Shown: piece by piece, positions 36,550 through 44,907 of the stretch
How the letters are laid out: each line of letters starts with the position of its first letter
Numbering within the stretch: the first letter of the stretch is position 1
From: Thermoplasmata archaeon
GTDB lineage: Archaea; Thermoplasmatota; Thermoplasmata; Lutacidiplasmatales; UBA184
DNA: 64,000 nt
NCBI GenBank assembly: GCA_022750415.1
Contig: JAKIVT010000001.1
Span: 38,298-102,297, forward strand
Reading direction: 5' to 3'
The notes under the pieces: generated by a model
The model's input: only the letters and a program-made list of their open reading frames with translations
The model's database searches: none
Told to the model about the DNA's origin: nothing
Position numbers and translations under genes: made by a program

Positions 36550-38251
36550 TGAACCCGACGACGTGGGACGGCTCGCCCCGCTCGAACACCGGCAGCGCCA
36601 TCCCGTCGACCTGCGATAGGCGCTCGGCCCCCACGCGGGTCGGTTCGTCCGGGTAGGTCGCGAGGTCGACGTCCGGGGTCACCGAGGCGACGGGACGGGA
36701 CGGGTCTCCGCCGAGGTCGACGATCTTCCGCAGGTCCGAGCGCGAGACGAACCCCCGGTACGCGCCGCCCGGGTCGAGGAGGGCGATCCCGATTTCGCCC
36801 GCATCCGGTTGCGATGTGGTCCGCAGGACCTCCTCGATGGAGAGGTCCCCCACCACGGGGCGGACGTGCGTTCGCATCACCGATCGGATCGGGATCTGTT
36901 CGAGGGGGTCGACCGAGTACTCGCGCGCGACGTGCACGCCCCGTCGCGCGATCTTCTCCGTCAGGATCGACCGCTTCATGAGGAGCACCGTCACGGCGTC
37001 GGCCCCGAGCGCCGCGACGAGCAGCGGGAGCACCGCCGGAAGGTCGTGGGTCAGCTCGAGGGAGAAGACGACGCCGGTGAACGGGGCGCGCATCGTGCCG
37101 CCGATCATCGCTCCCATCCCGACGAGGACGAACAGGCCGGTCGAGCCCCCCGGCAGCACGAAGGCGAGCAGCGCGCCGAGGGAACCCCCCATGATGAGGA
37201 GCGGGGCGAGGACGCCTCCCGACGTGCCGGAGCCGAGCGAGATCGCCCAGATCGCCGCCTTCACGATGAGCAGGGAGACGACGACCGCGAACCCGAGCTG
37301 GGTGAGGAGGAGGGCGTCGATCGAGGTGTACCCGACCCCGAGCGCCCGCGCCTGGACCAGTCCTCCGACCCCGATCGCGAGCCCGCCGAGGGCGGGCCAC
37401 CACATCCAGTGGATCGGGAGCTTGCGGAACCCGTCTTCGGAGGCGTACACCGCCTGCGTGAGGAGCGCGGAGGCGACCCCGGCGACCAGACCGAGGACGA
37501 GCACCGAGAGAATCGTCACGGTCGTTGGGGACGCGCTGAGCGGGATCGGGAACAGCGGGTTCGCGCCAATCAGCTGCCATCGCAGGACCGTGGCCGCGGT
37601 GACGGCGACCCCGACCGGGATTAGGCTGCGCGGCTTCCACTCGAACAGCAGGAGTTCGACCGACAGGAGCACCGCCGCGAGCGGGCTATTGAACGTGGCG
37701 GCCATGCCGGCAGCGGCCCCCGCGACGAGGAGCGTCTTCCGCTCCATCGCCGTCACGCGGACGAACTGGCCGACGACGGAGCCGAGAGCTCCCGCGGTCA
37801 TGATGATTGGCCCCTCGGCCCCGAACGGCCCCCCCGAACCGATCGAGATCGCCGTGGCGACCGGTTTAAGGACGGCGACCCGGGGCTCGATCGTGCTTTT
37901 GTTGATCAGAATTGCCTCGAGCGCCTCCGGGATCCCGTGGCCCCGGATCCGTTCCGAGCCGTATCGGGCCATGCCGCCGACGATCAGGCCCCCGAGGATC
38001 GGGACACCGACGGCGAGGAGCCCGAGCGAGTTGCCCGCCGGCGAGGCGAACGAGAAGGAGACCCGACCGTAATAGAACAGGTTCGTGAAGAACCCGATGA
38101 GGTCGAGGAGCGCGACCGCGACGAGCGCAGCCACCAGGCCGATGGCAACCGCCCACGGCACGAGGACGAGCATCCGGACGTTCGCGCTCGTGAAGTCCCC
38201 GATCCCCGCGGACGGGGGATGGGGGTCCGGGGGGACTGGTCCCGCCCTCAC
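36425..38251 (-). CDS. ClC family chloride channel/antiporter with C-terminal CBS pair
   Basis: 608 aa. Motifs are RGHGIPEALE, GSGGPFGAEGPII and GGTMRAPFTG, with CBS-like repeats at the C-terminus. The GTG start at 38251 is uncertain; ATG 38173 is the alternative. Confidence 0.92.
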   Translation of the reverse strand: MRAGPVPPDPHPPSAGIGDFTSANVRMLVLVPWAVAIGLVAALVAVALLDLIGFFTNLFYYGRVSFSFASPAGNSLGLLAVGVPILGGLIVGGMARYGSERIRGHGIPEALEAILINKSTIEPRVAVLKPVATAISIGSGGPFGAEGPIIMTAGALGSVVGQFVRVTAMERKTLLVAGAAAGMAATFNSPLAAVLLSVELLLFEWKPRSLIPVGVAVTAATVLRWQLIGANPLFPIPLSASPTTVTILSVLVLGLVAGVASALLTQAVYASEDGFRKLPIHWMWWPALGGLAIGVGGLVQARALGVGYTSIDALLLTQLGFAVVVSLLIVKAAIWAISLGSGTSGGVLAPLLIMGGSLGALLAFVLPGGSTGLFVLVGMGAMIGGTMRAPFTGVVFSLELTHDLPAVLPLLVAALGADAVTVLLMKRSILTEKIARRGVHVAREYSVDPLEQIPIRSVMRTHVRPVVGDLSIEEVLRTTSQPDAGEIGIALLDPGGAYRGFVSRSDLRKIVDLGGDPSRPVASVTPDVDLATYPDEPTRVGAERLSQVDGMALPVFERGEPSHVVGFITRETPFEARVLWAEGEQRKERLLGWPAERFWAGVRARFRP

Positions 38252-38321
38252 GAGCAGCTCCCGCCGCGCCCGGCCCGACGGCGAACCGGCCCCCTTCGCG
38301 AGGGGAAGGGGTCGGCCGGGG

Positions 38322-38747
38322 TCACGAGCCGATCACCCGCACCGAACATCGGGAGCGGGCGACGACGTGCCTGCGGACGCTCCCCTTCCGGCGGCGTGCG
38401 ATCCCGGTCCGGCGGCGCCCCTCCCGGACGATGCGCTCGTACTCCGCGAAGTCGGCGAATTCGCAGATCCGCTCGCCCGGGTCCCCATGGAGGACGCGGA
38501 TCAACGCCGTCTCCCCACGGAGGCCGAACCCTCCCGCGCGCTTGGTCCGGAGCGCGTGGACCTGGTCGAACTCCCCGGGGTTCGTCGGGGTCCCATCGGC
38601 GGCGTTCGCGGCGACGCTCGTGGAGGTGAACACCACAGCCACGACCACGGGCTCCGGCCGTCCTCGGTCGCGCAGGCAACCGACAACGACGGGGACCCGG
38701 GGGTCGTGGGCGTCCGAATCCCGGCCGAGCAGGATCCGGCCGAACAT
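38322..38747 (-). CDS. hypothetical protein
   Basis: 141-aa ORF with an ATG start and a protein-like core (ALIRVLHGDPGERICEFADFAEYERIVREG) plus a basic tail. No family recognised. Confidence 0.45.
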   Translation of the reverse strand: MFGRILLGRDSDAHDPRVPVVVGCLRDRGRPEPVVVAVVFTSTSVAANAADGTPTNPGEFDQVHALRTKRAGGFGLRGETALIRVLHGDPGERICEFADFAEYERIVREGRRRTGIARRRKGSVRRHVVARSRCSVRVIGS

Positions 38748-38943
38748 CGTTTGCGACCCTCGGCCGTCGAGCCGTCGGACGAGGATAGGTGCTCCATCGT
38801 CAATGTCACGCTTGGAGACTTTTCACGTTCACCGTACGACTTCGCGTCGCGTCGCGGCGTTCCGCCGGCGGACCCGCCCCCCTCCCGTCGGCATCTCCCG
38901 GTCCCCGGCGCGTGCGGGCCGTTCCCGCCGGCTCGTTCGTCCG

Positions 38944-39516
38944 ATGGTCGGTCGGAAGGACACGGACGACCCCCGCGAATGCGAGCGCCGCAGCCAATTC
39001 CTCTGGGTCGACGACGAGGGGCTCTCCTGGGGGGACTGCGGGGTGACGGTGCCGTGCACGATGCGCGTTCTGCCCCTTCCGGCCGGCCCCCGGGCCCGTT
39101 CCGTACCTCCGGAACCGCACGCTGCTCGCGAGTTCGACCGCGCGGCCTCCACGTGGAGGTCCCGTACTCCCGAGGCGCCGCGGCGGCGACCGGTCACCTC
39201 CATCCGTGGATTCGCGCTGAGCTCGAGCGGTGGAGCAGCTTTCGAATGGGGTCCGTCCCCCGACGGGCCGAACCATAGGTTGGGGCCGGTCGACGATCGA
39301 CTCGGATTTCCCGACGTTCCGGTGGGGACCTTCGACGCGGTTGCTCAAGCCGGCTTGAGGCGGGAGCGAAGTAGTCACTCCCGCCTAGGAGAAGGCATGG
39401 CGAAGCGGACGCGAGGCGCGAGAATGGTCGCGGCACGACGGCGATCGGCGAAACACCCGGGCGGAAAGGGACCCATAGCGAAGCGGCCGGCCGGCCGGCA
39501 CATCATGAAGACCTGA
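38944..39516 (+). CDS. paralogue 1 of a small zinc-ribbon protein; Cys ligands degenerate, true 3' end unknown (possible pseudogene)
   Basis: From ATG 38944: MVGRKDTDDPRECERRSQFLWVDDEGLSWGDCGVTVPCTMRVLPLPAG... aligns with the 39656 gene over about 40 aa, with many synonymous differences. Two of four zinc-ribbon Cys are replaced (R, W). The frame stays open to 39516. Confidence 0.35.
   Translation: MVGRKDTDDPRECERRSQFLWVDDEGLSWGDCGVTVPCTMRVLPLPAGPRARSVPPEPHAAREFDRAASTWRSRTPEAPRRRPVTSIRGFALSSSGGAAFEWGPSPDGPNHRLGPVDDRLGFPDVPVGTFDAVAQAGLRRERSSHSRLGEGMAKRTRGARMVAARRRSAKHPGGKGPIAKRPAGRHIMKT
39146..39159. repeat. 14-nt perfect palindrome CCTCCACGTGGAGG
   Basis: Read directly from the sequence; centred on CACGTG. 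Confidence 0.9.
39344..39359. repeat. 16-nt perfect palindrome CTCAAGCCGGCTTGAG
   Basis: Read directly from the sequence. Confidence 0.9.
39358..39386 (+). other. 9-bp perfect hairpin (AGGCGGGAG / CTCCCGCCT) with an 11-nt AT-richer loop
   Basis: Read directly from the sequence. It is followed immediately by AGGAG and an in-frame ATG at 39397, which opens a 39-aa very basic ORF. Confidence 0.8.
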
Positions 39517-39655
39517 GAGCCCGGGAGCGCCGGCCGAGGTGGGGAATCCGTGCCGGGGCTTTCGAGAGACTCCGGGCTCCCCCGCGGCGGTGCGGCGGCG
39601 GAACCGAACCCGTTCGAGCGACGCGAGGAAATACCCCGAGCCGCTCGCGACCCCG

Positions 39656-39877
39656 ATGCCGTGCCGCAACGATTCGGGCGATCCCCGAAAGTGCGACCGC
39701 TGCGGCGATTTCCTGTGGGTCCTGGAGGACGGAATGTTCTGCGCGGAGTGCGGCGTCACGATGCCGTGCAGCATGCGAGTCCTTCCCATTCCGGTTGCGC
39801 GCGAACCCGGTTCGGGGGCTCCGGAGCGGGGGATGCCCACCAATTCGACCGAGCGGAGATATACACCTACACGCTAA
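39656..39877 (+). CDS. small zinc-ribbon protein (73 aa), paralogue 2
   Basis: Internal ATG of track ORF 39539..39877: MPCRNDSGDPRKCDRCGDFLWVLEDGMFCAECGVTMPCSMRVLPIPVAREPG... It has a C-x2-C-x13-C-x2-C ribbon resembling TFIIB/TFS-type ribbons. It shares with paralogue 1 the block DPRxCxR...FLWV...G...CGVTxPCxMRVLPxP. Confidence 0.5.
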   Translation: MPCRNDSGDPRKCDRCGDFLWVLEDGMFCAECGVTMPCSMRVLPIPVAREPGSGAPERGMPTNSTERRYTPTR

Positions 39878-40067
39878 GCCTCGCCCGGAGGGTCTGCGAC
39901 ACGCGTCTCGGGGACGCGGCGCGGGTTCCGTGCATCCGGTTCTCCCGTGGAACGGGCGTCCATCGAGGGCGTTCCCCGGGGTGACCGTCCGTGCTACGGC
40001 ACCCCCGCTCTTCCCGGGTCTCCCCGAGCACCGCTCAGGCCGCTCGCTCTCCGAGGAGTAAACCCCC

Positions 40068-42833
40068 ATGGCTGTTCCAAAACGACGCGCACCCACCCTC
40101 TCCGACGAGACGGTCGCCCGGCCGACGGGGCGGACCGGCCGGGAGCCGATCGCCGTCCCCCGACTCGTGCCGCGCGGCAAGACCGCGTTCGACACCGTCG
40201 ATTGGCGGAGCCACGATGCGGTGATCAAGGCCGCCGACGGCAAGGCGATCTTCGAGCAGAAGGGGATCAAGGCGCCGACGAGCTGGTCCGATACGTCGAT
40301 CAACATCGCCGCCTCGAAGTACTTCCGGGTCATCGACGGCCGGCGCGAGAACTCCGTCGACGGAATGATCCGGCGGGTCACCCACTGGATCGCGCAGCGG
40401 GGCCTCGACCTTGGCTACGTCGACACTTCCGAGGAGGCGACCCGGCTCGAAGAGAGCCTCTCGTTCCTGATGGTCCACCGGATGGCGGCGTTCAACAGCC
40501 CCGTCTGGTTCAACGTCGGGGTCCGGCAACCTCCGCAGTGCTCGGCCTGCTTCATCCAGTCGGTTTCTGACGACATGGACTCGATCCTCGGCCTGGCCAC
40601 GAGCGAGGGACGCCTGTTCAAGGGCGGCAGCGGCACCGGCTCGAACCTCTCCTCCCTCCGCGGGAGCCACGAGCGGCTCAGCGGCGGCGGGATCGCGAGC
40701 GGGCCGGTCTCGTTCATGCGCGCCTTCGACGCGCTCGCCGGCGTGATCAAGTCCGGCGGCACGACGCGGCGCGCCGCGAAGATGGTGATCCTCAACATGG
40801 ACCACCCCGACGTCCTCGATTTCATCGACTGCAAGGTCCGCGAGGAGGACAAGGCCCTCGCGCTGATCCGGGAGGGGTACTCCTCGAATTTCGACGGCAC
40901 CGACCCGGATTCGGCGTACGCCTCGATTGCCTACCAGAACGCGAACCACTCCGTCCGGATCCCCGACTCGTTCATCGACGCCGTCGTGAAGGACGGCGAG
41001 TGGAAGACCTACAACCGGACCGACCACTCCGTCGCCACGACCTCCAAGGCGCGGGACCTCTGGCGGAAGCTCGCCTACGCGGCCTGGCGGTGCGGCGACC
41101 CCGGGGTCCAGTACGACGACATCACGAACGACTGGCACACGTCGCCGATGTCCGGGCGGATCAACGCCTCCAACCCGTGCTCGGAGTACTTGTTCCTCGA
41201 CGACACGGCGTGCAACCTCTCGTCGATCAACCTGATGAAGTTCCTGACGGAAGCGGGCGGATTCGACCTCCCGCTGTTCCGCGACGCCGTGCGGACGATG
41301 ATCCTCGCGATGGAGATCATCGTCGACGCCTCCAGCTACCCGACGTCGACGATCGCCCAGAACTCCCACGACTTCCGCCCGCTCGGGCTCGGCTATGCGA
41401 ACTTGGGCTCGCTCCTCATGCACTACGGGCTCGCCTACGATTCGGACGCCGGGCGCTCGCTCGCCGCGTCGATCTCGGCGATCCTATCGGCGGAAGGGTA
41501 CCGCATGTCGGCGGAGATCTCCCGCCGGGTCGGGCCGTTCCCGGGGTTCGACAAGAACCGCTCGCCGATGCTCCGGGTCATGGAGAAGCACCGGGCCGCT
41601 TCCGAGAAGATCCCGGCGGGCGACCCCCGGATGCGCGAGCTCGTCCAGGGCGCGGCCGATGCCTGGCGGGAGACCGTCCGGGCCGGCGAGATGTGGGGCT
41701 ACCGGAACGCCCAGATCAGCGTCATCGCCCCGACCGGGACGATCGGACTCCTGATGGGGTGCGACACGCTCGGCCTCGAGCCCGAGCTCTCGCTCGTCAA
41801 GGTGAAGAACCTCGTCGGGGGCGGAGCGCTCCGGATGGTGAACCACACCGCCGAGGACGCTCTGCAGAGCCTCGGATACGCGCCGGACGCGGTCACCAAG
41901 ATCAAGGCGTACATCGAGGCGAACGGCACGATCGAGGGCGCCCCGGAGCTCAAGCCGGAGCATCTCGCCGTGTTCGACTGCGCCCTGGCCCCGGCGGGCG
42001 GGTCGCGCACGATCCGACCGATGGGGCACCTGAAGATGCTCGGCGCCGTCCAACCGTTCCTCTCCGGCGGCGCGTCGAAGACGATCAACTTGCCCCACGA
42101 CGCCACCGTCGAGGAGATCGAGGCGATCTACCTCGAGGCGTGGAAGCTCGGGATCAAGTCGGTCGCCCTCTACCGCGACGGCTGCAAGGCCTCCCAACCC
42201 TACGAGACCGGGAAGGGGAGGGCGCCGGCCACCGGACCGCGCGGCCCCGTCCGCGAGCGGCTCCCGGACGAGCGGAAAGCGATCACCCACCACTTCTCCG
42301 TCGGCGGCCACGACGGGTACGTGACGGTCGGGCTCTACCCGGACGGCCGGCCCGGCGAAGTGTTCTTCCGGGTCACGAAGGAAGGCTCGACCGTCAACGG
42401 ACTGATGGATTCGCTCGGGATCTCGATGTCGATGGCGCTCCAGCACGGAGTGCCGCTGAAGGACCTGGTCCGGAAGCTCGCGCACCTCCGGTTCGAACCG
42501 GCCGGCGCGACGAACAACCCGAAGGTCCGGTTCGCGAAATCGATCCCCGACTACGTCGCCCGCTGGCTCGCCATCGAGTTCCTGACGGAGGACGAGCGCC
42601 GCGCCATCGGCCTCGAGGCCCCCGTGGAAGGGAACGGACACGGCGGGACGTCCGCGACGCCGGCGGCCAAATCGCAGACGTTCGCCGGGAAATCGCTCGA
42701 TGCGTTCGACCCGAGTACTCCGCGGGGAGTGAGCGAGGACGCTCCGTCCTGCCACATCTGCGGGGGGATCATGGTCCGCTCCGGCACCTGCTACGCCTGC
42801 ACGATGTGCGGCGCCACGAGCGGCTGCTCGTAG
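40068..42833 (+). CDS. nrdJ: adenosylcobalamin-dependent ribonucleotide reductase (class II)
   Basis: 921 aa with GAGGAG upstream of the ATG. Motifs are INASNPCSEYLFLDDTACNLSSINL and GLGYANLGSLLM, plus a C-terminal Cys-rich tail CHICGGIMVRSGTCYACTMCGATSGCS. Confidence 0.95.
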   Translation: MAVPKRRAPTLSDETVARPTGRTGREPIAVPRLVPRGKTAFDTVDWRSHDAVIKAADGKAIFEQKGIKAPTSWSDTSINIAASKYFRVIDGRRENSVDGMIRRVTHWIAQRGLDLGYVDTSEEATRLEESLSFLMVHRMAAFNSPVWFNVGVRQPPQCSACFIQSVSDDMDSILGLATSEGRLFKGGSGTGSNLSSLRGSHERLSGGGIASGPVSFMRAFDALAGVIKSGGTTRRAAKMVILNMDHPDVLDFIDCKVREEDKALALIREGYSSNFDGTDPDSAYASIAYQNANHSVRIPDSFIDAVVKDGEWKTYNRTDHSVATTSKARDLWRKLAYAAWRCGDPGVQYDDITNDWHTSPMSGRINASNPCSEYLFLDDTACNLSSINLMKFLTEAGGFDLPLFRDAVRTMILAMEIIVDASSYPTSTIAQNSHDFRPLGLGYANLGSLLMHYGLAYDSDAGRSLAASISAILSAEGYRMSAEISRRVGPFPGFDKNRSPMLRVMEKHRAASEKIPAGDPRMRELVQGAADAWRETVRAGEMWGYRNAQISVIAPTGTIGLLMGCDTLGLEPELSLVKVKNLVGGGALRMVNHTAEDALQSLGYAPDAVTKIKAYIEANGTIEGAPELKPEHLAVFDCALAPAGGSRTIRPMGHLKMLGAVQPFLSGGASKTINLPHDATVEEIEAIYLEAWKLGIKSVALYRDGCKASQPYETGKGRAPATGPRGPVRERLPDERKAITHHFSVGGHDGYVTVGLYPDGRPGEVFFRVTKEGSTVNGLMDSLGISMSMALQHGVPLKDLVRKLAHLRFEPAGATNNPKVRFAKSIPDYVARWLAIEFLTEDERRAIGLEAPVEGNGHGGTSATPAAKSQTFAGKSLDAFDPSTPRGVSEDAPSCHICGGIMVRSGTCYACTMCGATSGCS

Positions 42834-42840
42834 GCGCCGG

Positions 42841-44907
42841 ATGGGTCGCGCGCCCCGACCGTCGTCGCGTCCGCGGACCCCGGGCCGCCTGGCCCTCCCG
42901 GCGCCGACGGCGCTCGACGATTACGGGGTCATCGGCAATCTTCGGACCGCGGCCCTCGTCCACCGTGCCGGCTCGATCGACTGGGCGTGCCTCCCGAAGT
43001 TCGCCTCCCCGAGCGTCTTCGCTCGGATCCTCGACCCCACGCGGGGCGGCACGTTCCTGGTCCGCCCCGTCGGGGCTCGACCGGGCGTCCAACGGTACCG
43101 GCCGTCGACGAACATTCTCGAGACGCAGTTCGAGGTCGGCCGCGCGACGGTCACGCTCGTCGATTTCATGCCGATCTCCGAAGGGTTGAGCGACGAGGAG
43201 GCCGCGCGGATCGTCCGGATTGTGGAAACCACGGGAGGGCCGGCCGACATCGAGGTCTGGTTCGAGCCGCGGTTCGAGTACGGCGCGAGGGTGGCCCGCC
43301 TCGAGGTGACCCCGAGCGGTCTCCTCGCCGCCTCGGGCGAGACAGCGCTCGCGCTCCGGGGGTCGGTCCCGTTCGAGGTCGAGGGGGGCCACGCGGCCGC
43401 CGTCGTCTGGGTCCCCCAGGACGCCTCCGTGACGTTCGACCTCTCGTGGGGCGCCGCTCCCCGTCGCGGGTCGCGGGTCCGGAGCCTCCTCGAGGAGACG
43501 GAGCGGTACTGGAGGGGCTGGGTCCACGGCCCGAAGGCGCCGCTCCATCGGCTCGCGGCCCGCTGGCACGATGCCGTCGAGCGGTCGGAGCTCGTCCTCA
43601 AGCTGCTCTCCCACGTCCAAACCGGCGCCTTCGTCGCCGCGCCGACGACCTCGCTCCCCGAGTGGCCGGGCGGCCGGAGGAACTGGGACTACCGGTACGT
43701 CTGGATCCGGGACGCCGCGTTCTCCGCGCAGGCGATGCTCCTGCTCGGCCACGTAGCCGAAGCCCGCTCCTTCCTCGGCTGGGTCGTCGACCGGCTCGCC
43801 CCGGTTCGACGGGGCCACCGGGCCGACCTCCATGTGATGTACGGCGCGCACGGGGAATCCGACCTCACCGAACGATCGATCCGGGGCCTCTCGGGGTTCC
43901 TCCACTCCCGGCCGGTCCGGGTCGGCAACGGCGCCTTCGACCAGTTCCAGCTCGACATCTACGGAGAGCTCCTCGATGCCGCGCACCTCCTGTCGACCAT
44001 CGACCCGGGAAGCCTCCCACGCCCGACGGTCCGCGCCCTCCTCGAGCTCGCCGAGGAGGTCGCCGAACTCTGGACAGCGCCGGATCAGGGGATCTGGGAA
44101 GTCCGGGGACCCCCGCGGCATTTCGTCCACTCGAAGGTGATGGCGTGGGTCGCGATCGACCGGGCAATCCTCCTCGCCGGCCAGTACGGCGGGGACCGGC
44201 GGGTCGCCCGCTGGCGGTCCACCGCCGAAACGATCCGACACGCGGTCCTCACCCGGGGATGGGACGCGGAACGGGGGGCCTTCGTCCGCTCGTTTGGGGA
44301 TACCGCCCTCGACGCGGCGAATCTCCGGATCCCGTTGGTCGGGTTCCTGCCGTTCGACGACCCGCGGGTCCTCGCCACGGTCCGGAAGACCGAGCAGGAG
44401 CTCGCCGAGGGGCCGTTCGTGTGGCGTTACCTCCGGCACGACGGCGTCGGCGGCAAGGAGGGGGCGTTCCTCCCCTGTGGATTCTGGCTCGTCGAGTGCC
44501 TGGCGCGGGGGGGACACCTCCGCCGGGCCCGCGCCTCGTTCGAGGCGTTGCTCGGGGTCGCGAGCCCTCTGGGGCTGTTCGGCGAGGAATGGGACCCTCG
44601 CACGGCCCGGGCGCTCGGCAACTACCCCCAGGCGTTCACCCACGTCGGTGTCCTTCGCGCGGCGCTGGCGCTCGGCCTGGCCGACTCCGGGGCCCGCGAG
44701 TCGGACGATATCGAGCGGGTCGCCCGAGCGGTGCCGGCCGCCGACGCGCCGTCGTTGGACCCCCGGTCGGAACGGTTTTCGGGGCGCCCGGCCTCCCCGA
44801 TTTCGCCCCGGCCCGAGCGCCCCGCCCCGCGCCCAAGAAACCGGTCGCGCCAAGGCCTGAGGAACGGGCTCCGGGAGGGACACCGATGGGAATCCGGCTC
44901 TGCGTGA
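42841..44907 (+). CDS. glycoside hydrolase family 15 (glucoamylase/trehalase-like)
   Basis: 688 aa. Motifs are LDDYGVIGNLRTAALVHRAGSIDWACLPKFASPSVFA, RNWDYRYVWIRDAAF, IWEVRG and NYPQAFTHVGVL. Confidence 0.9.
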   Translation: MGRAPRPSSRPRTPGRLALPAPTALDDYGVIGNLRTAALVHRAGSIDWACLPKFASPSVFARILDPTRGGTFLVRPVGARPGVQRYRPSTNILETQFEVGRATVTLVDFMPISEGLSDEEAARIVRIVETTGGPADIEVWFEPRFEYGARVARLEVTPSGLLAASGETALALRGSVPFEVEGGHAAAVVWVPQDASVTFDLSWGAAPRRGSRVRSLLEETERYWRGWVHGPKAPLHRLAARWHDAVERSELVLKLLSHVQTGAFVAAPTTSLPEWPGGRRNWDYRYVWIRDAAFSAQAMLLLGHVAEARSFLGWVVDRLAPVRRGHRADLHVMYGAHGESDLTERSIRGLSGFLHSRPVRVGNGAFDQFQLDIYGELLDAAHLLSTIDPGSLPRPTVRALLELAEEVAELWTAPDQGIWEVRGPPRHFVHSKVMAWVAIDRAILLAGQYGGDRRVARWRSTAETIRHAVLTRGWDAERGAFVRSFGDTALDAANLRIPLVGFLPFDDPRVLATVRKTEQELAEGPFVWRYLRHDGVGGKEGAFLPCGFWLVECLARGGHLRRARASFEALLGVASPLGLFGEEWDPRTARALGNYPQAFTHVGVLRAALALGLADSGARESDDIERVARAVPAADAPSLDPRSERFSGRPASPISPRPERPAPRPRNRSRQGLRNGLREGHRWESGSA

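Noticed and set aside
38829-39843. Minus-strand ORFs 38829..39203 and 39385..39843, which also share a similar segment (GRGRTRIVHGTVTPQSPQESPSS versus GMGRTRMLHGIVTPHSAQNIPSS).
   Set aside because: These are the antisense image of the plus-strand zinc-ribbon paralogues. The plus frame gives a coherent CxxC...CxxC ribbon, whereas the minus frame gives R/S-rich sequence.
39100-40067. Identification of the unassigned region as RNase P RNA, SRP RNA or an AdoCbl riboswitch.
   Set aside because: I found only loose matches: GAGGAAAUACCCC versus the invariant GAGGAAAGUCC of P4; GGAGCAGC versus the SRP helix-8 GGAAGCAGC; and a partial GGUG..UCC..CGG..CCCGC run without a B12 box. None is good enough to call by eye, and a covariance-model search is needed.
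42987-44885. N-terminal ~630 aa of the 1091-aa ORF 42987..46262.
   Set aside because: This part is an alternative frame of the GH15 gene, and its product is R/P/G-rich. Only the part from ATG 44886 onward has GT4 motifs.
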